The notes under the pieces: model-generated
What the model saw: the letters and a program-made list of their open reading frames with translations, nothing else
Database searches by the model: none
Told to the model about the DNA's origin: nothing
Shown: positions 24,174 through 35,672 of the stretch, one piece after another
Layout of the letters: every line of letters starts with the position of its first letter
Position numbering within the stretch: the stretch's first letter is position 1
Assembly (NCBI GenBank): GCA_001642005.1
Contig: LWCA01000262.1
Location: forward strand, 1-35,672
Origin: Intoshia linei
Taxonomy: Eukaryota; Animalia; Orthonectida
DNA length: 35,672 bases
Direction of reading: 5' to 3'
Position numbers and translations under genes: made by a program

Positions 24174-24355
24174 TTAAAAAAATTTACAATTGAATTAAAT
24201 AAAGTTGATAATGTACATAAACGGAAATATATATAGTGGAACACCTGTTTATGAAAGTTACCAATAATTATTGTAGTTTATTTTATATTTTTGCTACAAT
24301 CAGCAACGTATTAAATCCAACTTCGATATAAATAAAATTATAAAAATAATATTTA

Positions 24356-25461
24356 TTAATAATGCTTTTTATTTACAATTTTATTTATTTTGATAAACGA
24401 TATTTCTAAAATATAAAATAAATTATACTTATTACTTTAAATATATTACCCTCTAAAAACATTATACATATAAGTACTGATGACAAACAAATGAATATTG
24501 TATTTAGTGTAATAATATAAATACAATAGAAATAACCAGTTATGGGAAAGTGTTGAATGTTGGAAGGCTACACTGACGTCACAAAGAACGCCGTTAGAAG
24601 TAAATATTTTGTAATTTTTTTCATCGGTTAAAAGCTGGTCGGCTTAAAAACACATGAATTGGAATTACATCCCATAAAAAAGTAACATGATTGCTAAAAT
24701 CTGGTAAGATTTACTTAATTTTTGTTCTAAATTATACAATTATTTAAAATTGCTCAGAAGACCACATTAAATCGCGAATTAAACTCTACTTTCCCATATC
24801 TGCAATATATCACATAATATGCAAATAATCTAGATAGAAATTTTAATATTTTTCTATGTTTACCTTTCAAGCGTCTTACTAAATAACATTTTAAATTTAA
24901 ATAATATTGATAACTAAAAATGAGAGAAAGTAAAAACAATACTTACTATGATTTATTATTAATATTAAAAATATAATACAGCATTCAATTAAATATTTTT
25001 ATTTTATTGTATACTTCCTAATTAATACAGACAATAAAAATCAATTTAAAATACAATGATATTTTTACATACATGTAACATAATTAATATCAAAAAAATT
25101 ACCTACTGTATTATATTTTTATAAATTTATGAATTTAATTTAGTGTACGGTATAATTGTAATTTACATTCTATAAATGAAATATATTAAAAAATACAATG
25201 TAATGTTTAAATTAAAACAATTAAATAAAATAATTTACCTACTGAACATTAACATTAAAACAAATAAAAAATATATTATTGAATATTACATGCTTTAGAA
25301 TAGATTAAAAAAATGAGCCAAAGAAAAAAACATACATTAGCCATGGTTATGCATTTACCTTCTAAAATTTATTAAATTAATATTATTATTATGAATAATT
25401 TAATAATTATATTAATCTGCAAATAATATAAAAGTTTTATTATTACTTGAATTGTGGTCAT
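24356..25461 (-). other. Microexon array of paralog B (eight 3-nt exons, two 15-nt exons)
   Basis: AG|exon|GT at 25461-47 (15 nt), 25361-59 AAG, 25292-90 CAT, 25241-39 TAG, 25169-67 AAT, 25105-03 TAG, 25017-15 GAA, 24945-43 TAA, 24878-64 (15 nt), 24452-50 AGG, and terminal exon 24405-24356. Confidence 0.8.
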
Positions 25462-28400
25462 CTATAAATTTATTATAAAATGTATTCACTACATTTTTAA
25501 TCTAACCTTGTTCATTATTTTCTATGCAATTATCGTCAATACAGTTCTCTAAAAAAAATAATAAAATTAAAAATTAAAACCTTGGCAAATGTTTTCATTG
25601 AGATAAAATCCAACTTTGCAATATAGACACGTTCCGCGACTGTCTTTACAATTTCCGCAATTTTCTACGCTGCATTCTAATTTTCATATTGTAATTAATT
25701 ATTTTATGAAATTACTTTCGCATTCATGTCCAAGAAACTTGTACCCTTCTTTACAATTAGCACACAATACTCCATTAGTTGCTGTACATCCGTCTACTAG
25801 TTCGATACCTAGAAATGTATACATGATTTAATAGGCAAACTTTAAACTTTTGCAATCTGCGCCGTCTTTAACAAACCCGTCTAAACACACTGAACATTTT
25901 AATAATTTGTTTTCATAGCAGTTTTTACAATTAGAAATTTCACAAGCTAAAAATGATTTGAATTTTTAATCTCTTAAATATTTTGTAATTTCTGCATTTA
26001 TACCATCGCATTGAGTTTCATTTATAAGTGTAAAGCCATCAGAACATTTCGTACAAAATAGACCATTACACTTGGCACAATTTTGAATTTGAGAGCAAAC
26101 TTAAAATTAAAATATTTTATCAACTTTAAATACCGATACATAATCCGTTTTGCAGGAAATAGTCTTTGTAGCAATGTAAACAAGTCACGCCATTACAGCT
26201 ATAGCACTTTGATTTGTCACATTCTAAAAATTTTCATTTTCATACATAAAAATTTTAATTTAAAAAATGATACCTGCGCATGTGTTTAGAGTGGTCAAAT
26301 AAAAGTCAACGTTACAACTATCACATCCACTTGGCCCTACCGCATCACACGTTTTACACGAAGAATGACATACTAATAATATGTATTTTATTTCAAACAG
26401 TAGCCATTACCTTCGCATATCTTACTACCGACGAAAACTGTAGGGTTTAGATAATACCCATCTAAGCAAGCTGTACATGTGTCTGCATTCGTTTCGCATT
26501 CTCTGCAAGGTTTGTTGCAAGCTATATTATACTTTTATAATTCGACAGTCCAGTGTTTCTTGTATGGAGTCCAAAGACCCAAGGAGTATAATTTTCAAAA
26601 GGGGTTCACGAAATATTTTGTATTATTTATGTATAAATCGTTATGATTTAAATAACATAATGTTATGTTAATAATTATCACAAAAATGTAATGTTTATTA
26701 ATTTGTTTTTATTGTCAAATTTATCCTACGTTAACCTTATTGTTGGTAAAATGATAATACCCAAACATTTCTTTAATTCATCTACAAAATAACGACCAGT
26801 AATGCACAATTTGCAAGTGTGAATTGTTCCTTCACATTCAGCACAAGTTGGATCACAGTCTATATTAATACATATTACATTATACAGTGTTGTGCTCTGA
26901 GATACGAGCTATTGAGCAACTCAATGAACAATATTGTGCATCTAAATACGGACTAGTGTGCATTCACATACAGATAATTATTTTAAATACATTTTCTGGA
27001 TAACTTAATTTACAAGATGTTGCTTAAATTTAATTGTTAATAAAATGTTTTCAAAGTTTTCATTACTTGCACAATACATCGTATGTACCTCGTATCTCGG
27101 TGCACAACTCTGTAATACATATAAATTAAACATTTTTAATAAATTAAAATTAAATTGAATAATTTATTGATAATTTTAATTGTTGTCCGACCCATTGAAA
27201 AGTCACCGTAGAAAATATAAATTTATTATTACTAATAATGTATTAGTATATGTATTTGTAAAAACTACCTATACAATGAACGTGTGATATGATATAATAC
27301 AATGAACCGTTGGCGATTGTCTGTTTTAGTTGCGTTCGCTTACATTCTAAATTACTATAAAAAATAATTCAAATTTATTTTATAATTAATTTCTCTCAGA
27401 CTGAGCCATTATTGATTAGCCGGCCAGTTTGACTGGTCTAAAAAATTAACTACACCCTACAAAAAATTTTACACTAAAATATTTTTGTAATAATTAAGGA
27501 TTTAGAATACCATATACAATTAAATCTTAAAACTTTTATAGTTGGGACAGTCTTTATTATATTATTTAATCTACTCAATACACAGGTATTAAAAATGTAA
27601 AATAATATCACCTTCACAGTAACCTGCACGCGTTTCATCGTTATATATGGTTAGTACCAAATTACATTCTAAATATATGTAAGTTATTACAAATATTATA
27701 TTAAAATGTATTTTAAACTATAATTACTTAAATATATATGTTGCATAGAATGTGTACAACTGTGAAATATACACATTACACGGGCAAATCGTAGAATGTA
27801 TTTGACTAAGAATGTGTCTTAGACGCCAATTCAGAGTTAAATACATAATTGATGCTTTCCTAACAACGAATTTACCAATTCAGTTAAATTAATAAGCTCA
27901 TGTTTATTTTTAAATTGATTTGTATTTGTAAAACTTTCATTTAATTAATATCAAACCATTTAATTACGATTTTTTTTGAACCAAACTTTCAAGAGGGGTT
28001 TTTAAGATTTTTAGAAAACAAAATAATTGATTAGTTATCAAATGATTTCTGTGTCAAATATCGTGTTTCCAATTATAAATTTTATATTTAATAAATTGAA
28101 TTAATTATTTTTTTGTTTTATAAAATTGACAGTGGTAGAATTTAAAAAGCCCAATACGTAGTACTGTTTTTCGCAGGGATGTTGAAATATATTTTTCAGA
28201 TTCCGAATTTAAGTCCTTCAGGGTCAAAAACCCAATTTGCCCTTTTGTTTCAAAATAAAATCAACCCAAAATTTTAATACAACATAAATTCTGGAATGCG
28301 CTGTAAAATCATCAACATTGTCGTAAATCTCAGCGTCAGAAACGCACACATTCTTGGTGAAAACCACAAATTACCATTTGTTTTAAAATGAAATGTCCTA

Positions 28401-31400
28401 AAATTTTATAAAACATAAATTCTGGGATAGTTTTTAAAATTATAAACATTATCATAAATATGAATTTTCACTTTCATTTTCATTTTCACAAAAATAACTT
28501 TTAATATATTATAGACCAATATTTTTCAAATGTTTAATTTAAAATGTAACTATTCATCCTACAATAACAAAAAAAGTGGGAATTGACAGTATACATTGTA
28601 TACTATACATATTTGAAATACCAAAATATGCATTTTAATTTCATAAATTGATTCCTTCGATTTTATTATTATTTATACACTCATTTCTCACTTTTAATAA
28701 GTTTAGAATCAAATGAAGTATGACTGTTATTATTATTTTAAATTTTGAAATTTACTTCAACGTTGGATAACATTTCTTCACCCGAAAAATGTATTTAAAC
28801 AGACTGAATCCGTTAATTATCGATAAAAAATATTTTCAATTTCAAATTAATCAAGCTAGTATATTATATAACCATGATTCCCACCAGGGTTTTAATATGA
28901 AACCTTCACAACTTGTAGTAAATGTTCGTAAATATTTAGGCTCGAAACAGGAAGTACATATATTTGCTTTTTTTTTACACGTTCTGCATGATTCATCACA
29001 ATCTAAATATGTATAAGATTAAAAATTTAATTATTTCAACTAGCTATGTTTATATTGTATACCATTAGTAAATGACATAATAAAAAAAGATTTTATCAAG
29101 AAATTAATACAATAATTCAGTTTTTCTTAGCCTTATTATTAGTGTTATCGATGTCTTTTATGTGAATGTAAAACGTGCAAATAATGTAAAAGTTAATTGA
29201 TTCATACTAATAGAATTACTCATAATAGTCAAAATTGACTAGGAAACCTCCATTATTCCATTTTGGGTACATTAATTTTTATTGTCTTGATAAAGTACCT
29301 GACTACAGTAATTTCTAGTATTTTAATAGTACAGTATTTTAAATTTCAAGGAGAATAATTTGTCATCGAGTCAACTTTATAGTTATAAAATTCTTGACAA
29401 AAACTTACTATTTTAATTTGAAACATTACAAGAAATGTATTATTAGGAAAAAGCTTATTTTATAGCTTGAAATTTGAAACAAAAAATCTATCAATATTCA
29501 TGATTCTCTGAACCAATACATGTAAAATTTTAATTTTTCTCAGGGATGATAGATAATAATATAGATTTTATATTTATCATATAAATTACATAGAAAACAA
29601 TTAACAATATCTGAAAAAATTTTCCATTTTTAAACATGGGCGAGATAAATGTTAAACTGAAATCGGTGAACCCAATGGTCCACTGCTATAATCTATATTA
29701 CATTGATCTGTAGTTGTTATGAACAAAACCCAAAAATTTTCTTGAAATGACCCATTTTGTAGGTTTGTATTAACTAATTATATAACTTACTTAAAGAGCT
29801 TAACCAAAAACGAGACAATATGGAAATTTAATATAATGGGCACTAATAAATCAAACAATTATTTACAAAAAAAAATAAAAAATAATAGTAAATAAAACAT
29901 AATTATTAATTACATATTATAGAATGTATAGACGACACGATATTTAAATAAATGATAAAACCACAATTAATTAAGTTATTACGAAATTAAATTATTAGTT
30001 CACTAAAATAGATATTACCTCTACAAAATCCAGCAGATAGTTTATTATCAGTAATTGTCAAAAATTCCCTTTCAGTACACTCTTATAACATTAAATTATA
30101 TAAAAAAATAAATTACCAATACAAATTCCACGTGGACCCATACCTGGTTCACTGTTATTAGAAAATACTAAATGTTGATTTTCACTGCAAGCTAAAATTT
30201 TTAAGTTATACACAATTTGACTTTATTTTACAAACACACTTTCCCCTTTTTAGTTCTTTGTCTATAATTGTATAATATTGGTTAATTGCACAAACTAAAA
30301 TACTAAAGTATTACATTTTAAGAGTATTTTATAAATCCATATTAATAATTTAACTGCATATACGAGTTAATTATTTTCTGAAAGTATTGACGGGTAATCA
30401 TTTGTACATTTTGTAAGATTAGAACGACATATACACTTAAGGGTTGTGAATTTAAAAAAAATTGAAAAAACGAAAAATTTTATCTCATTTGTAATGATAG
30501 TTCTTTATTAGGAAATAGGGATTTTAGGGTCCACGCCGAAAAAATATTGTCGACCACTATTACATATATACATCAATTTTAACAGTTTAATTTTAAAAAT
30601 TGCATTCTTGAACTCGTTACAATTACATTTATCTGTCTAGTCATTATAATTGTATTTTAAACTAAAAATAAATAAAACAATTTTTTTGAAAAATTATTTA
30701 AAACAACCCAGAAGGCCCAATTTCTTAATTTGTATAAAACAATTATTAACTAACCTCCACATGTATCATCTTCTAATAGTAAATTCCCGTTTTCACAGCT
30801 AGTGCATTTGGTAGATCTTTCTAAGCATGTCAAGCATGATTCATTACAGTCTAAAATGTGAAAAATAAAAAACGTTTAGACCTAAGACATGACCCATAGT
30901 GGGTTACGTGCCACCATATAGCAGGCATTCTCAACCCTTTTTTGCTGTAGACCCTAAGATGATATTACAAAAAACCTGTGGACCCCCAAAAAAATTAATA
31001 ATAATGATAATGTTAAATGAATCATTACATATGGGTGAAACTAATGATGGTCGAAAGACATGGAGTACTCTATTTTTGCAAGATGATAAACTAGATGAAC
31101 TATTAATATTAACCTTTAACTCATCAATGTTCCCAAAATGAAACATATTTTTCAAGTATTGTTTACAGTGCATTATTAATTGTTTACTACATATTTTATC
31201 AGATCAATAAAAAGTCTATATTATCTATCTTCCGTGTAAAAAATTAATATTTTATAACCCTTGATTGATGTTTCATAGAATCATAAATATTGACTGATTT
31301 TTTGTCCCATTTTCAATTTGAAATTTAAAGCTTCTTTTAATAATTAGAAACTTGGCTCAGTCATAAATTTTAATAAAATAATTAGATAAAACCGCTGCTC

Positions 31401-33115
31401 CTAAAATAGAACAATGGAGATTTCCCAATAAGTTTTTATACTTGTAAGTAATTTAATTTAGTTAATACAAAAGAATTTATTTTTACATGATTTGCACGTT
31501 TTATATTATTATTTCTGAGCCTTTACGTTTTAAAAACGACTCTATGTTACTGAAAATGTCTATAATATGTAATAAATGTATATAATGTTCATGGAACCCC
31601 AAAAAAGAGTTATGGACCCCGTTGATAATGGCTGCTATATAGTGCCACGAAATGTTTTTTAATTGTAAACACGGTCAGGTACAGGAACTGTAAAATTGCA
31701 TAAATAATAATTCAAACAGGAATTTCTGATCGTACTGCAGAACTCTATTGACCACCTTACAAAAATTGACATGTGAAAAGATTCAATTTAATGTTTAATT
31801 TCATAATTTTAATTTTAAAAAATTTCATTTTTATTATTTTTCCATATACGCTTTCAAGTTTTATAAAAATAACCTTATATACTGATCCTTATCGTACACA
31901 ACTTTAAACCCAAAAAATAGTAAAAATACATTTTACCGTACATACCCTTACATTATTAATTTATACCTCCACAGTGATATTGATCATTCAAATATTGTTT
32001 AGCAGTACACGATGTACACCGAATTGAATTGAACTCGCAAGTTTCGCAATTATCATTACATGCTACACATGTCACATTACATTAAAAAAATATAGTATTA
32101 CGTTTGCATGTTCCACGGTCTAAATACATTTTCTTTTCACATTCTAGAAAATTTATATTAAAAATAAGCTTATCGTCGTATACCGATGCATGTATTTTTG
32201 AAAATGATTCTATCGTCTGGGCAGGTTGTGCATTGATGAAGTTCTACTCCAAAACACGTCTTACATGTCTCGTGGCATTCTAGAAAATGTACATTAGTGC
32301 ATAATAATTTCACTTATAATAAATGTAAAGTATACCATAACAGCTACCAGATCTCGTAGTTTCATCTATAATTACCAAATAATTCGATTCAGGGCAGTCT
32401 ATTTGTACTTTTAGTGATAGAATACGTCATGTATTAATATTTATTATTCCATATTAGCTATGGCTGCATTAGTTTTCAAATTAAAAAATTTGAAAAAATT
32501 TTTATGTGGGAAAAATCGTATTATGTATGTTTTGTCTTTGCATTCCCGTTTCATTGATATCAATAAAAAACATTAACCTTTTAATTAATATCATACATTG
32601 ACATTTTGAATATATTATGATTGTATGGCTGTCCGTACCAAAATATTTAAAGGACCACTTATTCTATATTTGATATAATGAATTAATACCTAAACAATGT
32701 CCATTTTCAAAGTATTTTGGGTTCTCACAGCTAGTGCAACCACTTACTTCCGCATTTTTACACGTTTTACAATTATCATGGCATGCTAGTATATACAATT
32801 AAAATTATATAAATTAAAATTAAACCATCACACGTTTTAATTTCACTCAAAAATTGATCAGTGTGACAAGTCAAACAGTTCGTTATATAATGCCCGTTAC
32901 ACGTTAAACAATAAAAGTGGCATTCTATGTTCATGTAAATAAATTAAAAAATTTTATACGCTCACACTTTGGTAACCAATGTAATGGGTCAGCAGATCCA
33001 AAATATTCATATTCACCTGATTCACAATCTAAAATGTCAGTTCCTGTTTCATAAATACAATACCAGATGATCCATAAAATAATAGACAAAACAGAAGTAC
33101 TAGTCCAAATTTCAT
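24356..33115 (-). CDS. Secreted furin-like cysteine-rich repeat protein, paralog B (tandem duplicate of A)
   Basis: ATG 33115 begins MKFGLVLLFCLLFYGSS (signal-peptide-like). The exon series is colinear with paralog A (e.g. CSQIQNCAKCNGLFCTKCSDGFTLINETQCD; CSVENCGNCKDSRGTCLYCKVGFYLNENICQ). The predicted stop TAA at 24358-24356 lies only 182 nt upstream of the paralog A ATG. Confidence 0.82.
26885..27112. mobile_element. MITE, Tc1/mariner-like, 228 bp
   Basis: TIRs CAGTGTTGTGCTCTGAGATACGAG / CAGAGTTGTGCACCGAGATACGAG (21 of 24 match), with TA on both flanks. Confidence 0.85.
28165..28460 (+). repeat. Internal fragment of the Helitron-like family
   Basis: Tandem units (cttcagggtcaaaaacccaatttgccc; aaaaccacaaattaccat...gtcctaaaatttt...gggatagtttttaaaattataaacattatcataaat) are shared with 2600-2860. 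Confidence 0.6.
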
Positions 33116-33567
33116 TTAAATATAATTATATAAATATATATAAATATTTTATAAAGTAAACACAATTATAAAATAAAGTAATGTGTATTTTTATCAACAT
33201 TTCTGAAATGATTATGGACTATAATTATGATTATAATCAGTATAAAAATTTAGTGGTAAATATAAATACATCAGGGTTGTCAAATTGGTGATATTAAAAT
33301 AATTTGATTATTTGTTAATTATAAAAATTAAAACTTAAATATTTATTATTTTTTGTTTTTTTTTGAAAATTGATAGCTCTTGCAATCCCGGGAATGAAGT
33401 GCGTACAATGTACATTGAGGGGAAAAATCATGTGAATTATTAATCATCAGAATTTAAAAAATATTAAAAATACACATACCTCCCCACAATTTTACAGAAA
33501 AATTTTTTTACCATCAAATTAAAACAGTAACAGAAGGGTTAAACAAAATAAAGTTGACTTAATTTTT

Positions 33568-35376
33568 ATGTTGAAGGTAAACTATGTGTAAACTTAATCA
33601 CAAATTAATTAGATTAAACCATCAAAGTTGGTACAGATTGGAGTAGGTTCGCTTGTATTCGCATTTTCAATTGGACTGTGTAAAAATAATAAAACCTGTT
33701 GGTCAGCTGTCATGTCAGTAGCACAAATGATACCAGCAGAAACCAGTCACAATCTAACCATAAAATTGGCATCATTCAAAATTGTACCACATTCAAAATG
33801 TAATGAAAAGTGTGAAAGATTATCAGTAGATTAATGATACAATAATTTTTACTTTTTTTTAAATTAGAACAACATTTTGAATTTAAGATTTGATAAACCA
33901 ATAGGACTAGCTGCTGGTTTCGATAAACAAGGCCAGGCGATGGGCAGTTTGTTAAAAATTGGATTCAGTTTTATAGAAGTTGGTACTATTACTCCATTGC
34001 CACAATATGGTAATCCAAAACCCCGCTTGCATCGTCTGGTTAAAAACAAATGCATTTTAAATAGGTGATTTATATTATGGTGGTTTTCAAGATCAACAAT
34101 ATTTATCAAACTCCCTTCCCTCGTGAAAAATTTAATTTTCCACGATTCAGTGTACGTGTATTGAGGGTTATTTAAAATTTTGTTAATCAACTTTCTTGAA
34201 ATTCTCAGACTCTTAGTAGTTTCTCCTACATTTATATTCTATATACGGGCAACGTTTTTTCATGTAATTTTTGTCCTAATCACCGATCCGCGTTGTAAAT
34301 TTTTGTTTGGTTATGAACTGGGTACGAACTTATAATGCCCTGTTTCCTATCCAAGTTACTGATATTTATTAAACATGACACCGACTATTATACACATTAA
34401 TAATGACAATAAAAATCCAAATCTGTAAAACATGAATCAAAAACTTTTTTATTTTTTAATTTTTTAAATGGCCTTTATTGTGTACACGGCTCACCGATGG
34501 ACTCTATTTTGATTCCCTTATTGTATCCGATCATTTATAAAACATAAACCAAAAATTAGATTTGGATTCAATAGTGACGGTTACACAGCCGTTGCTGAAA
34601 GATTGGCTAAATTCAAATCAAAAAATACTTCGAAACCCATATTTGTCAGTATAGGGTGTAATAAAACTTCAATTGACACAGACAATGAAATAACGGATTA
34701 TGTTAAAGGATATGAAACATTTTGCACACTTGCCGATGCTATCGTAATTAATATTTCCAGTCCCAACACTCCTGGACTTCGACAAATTCAAAAATCTGAT
34801 AAATTAGAAAAAATTATTACTTCTATTCAAAATTTAAATTTTGTTAAAACACCACCCATATTTTTAAAGTTGTCTCCTGACATTTCAAATGAACACGTTG
34901 AAAAAATTGCAAATTTTGTCATGCAAAATAGTGGTAAATGTAAAGTTGAAATTGCTGGTTTTATAATATCAAATACTACTAAACAAAGAGATTTCGATAT
35001 GAAAAATAATAAAGAATTCCGTAAAGTCATGAAGGAAGGTTACACGGAAAATGGAGGTTTGAGTGGTCCGCCTCTAAAAAATATATCTACCGGTCTTATT
35101 CGAAACGTGCACAAACTGACAAACGGTAAATGTATCATTATTGGTGTGGGCGGTGTTGAAAATGGTCAAGACGCTCTGGATAAAATAGAATCTGGTGCTT
35201 CTCTAGTTCAGATATACACAAGTTTTGTGTATGGTGGCCCTCCTACAGTTGACAAAATAAATTTGGAACTTGATGATTTATTAAAGTAAGTACAGATAAA
35301 TACATTAATTAAGAAAATTCATAGAAAAAAAGGATACAATCATATTAGACAAGCCATTGGATCAAGAAATAACTAA
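33568..35376 (+). CDS. DHODH: Dihydroorotate dehydrogenase (quinone), mitochondrial class 2
   Basis: Five predicted exons (33568-33576, 33613-~33825, ~33868-34064, 34560-35285, 35325-35376). Motifs seen: N-terminal hydrophobic anchor, [82 protein letters not shown]. Confidence 0.96.
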
Positions 35377-35672
35377 TCATTTTAAATCATTTTTCTAAAA
35401 GATGGTATATATTTTAATAATAAATAATTAACCTAGCCGAAGTAAGCATTATCTTATACGTTTCCGGATATTCTACCATTACATTCAAAAAATCTCGCTT
35501 ATTGAGTATGAATAATTGACTATAAAATTTTGAACAAACTGTAGCTGTTCGTTTATTTGATTCGGAAAAATCCATTAAACTAGTTTAATTCGAGAAATAT
35601 CTTATTTGTCAATATTTGATTACCGAAACTGTCAGTATTTTAATAAAAAATTGTCAGTATAAATATTAAAAT

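Noticed and set aside
15879-31173. Short ORFs (15879, 16019, 16259, 16672, 16917, 20418, 21339, 24754, 25616, 26083, 26477, 28789, 30899, 30931)
   Set aside because: They are antisense shadows of the Cys-rich exons or chance ORFs in AT-rich introns, with no independent coding signal.
15057-33115. Ciliate-type genetic code (TAA/TAG = Gln), suggested by furin-repeat genes and AT richness
   Set aside because: The exons I translated read cleanly in the standard code, TAA, TAG and TGA all serve as stops, and the gene set is animal-like.

Overview
Very AT-rich eukaryotic (animal) genomic DNA with many tiny GT-AG introns, mostly about 32-50 nt. This style resembles a compact invertebrate parasite genome such as the orthonectid Intoshia (inference only). 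Six genes can be read by hand: (1) an OAS (2'-5' oligoadenylate synthetase)-like gene on the minus strand, of which only the C-terminal lobe is recognisable; (2) ANKAR (+); (3) an ornithine decarboxylase antizyme (-) needing a +1 frameshift at UUU-UGA; (4, 5) two tandem paralogous, signal-peptide-bearing, furin-like Cys-rich repeat genes (-); (6) mitochondrial class 2 DHODH (+). Introns and intergenic DNA carry a dispersed non-autonomous Helitron-like family, TA-flanked MITEs and hAT relics. The most striking observation is that both Cys-rich genes appear to encode their C-terminus through runs of consecutive 3-nt exons (AG|NNN|GT; 7 in one gene, 8 in the other). Spliced together, these give stop-free and clearly homologous peptides (QDGDNL-TLELGIKDRLNKEINFINIEN* vs QDDHNSKALELGIIRRLKEEISFIKINK...). 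All splice models are manual predictions without transcript data.
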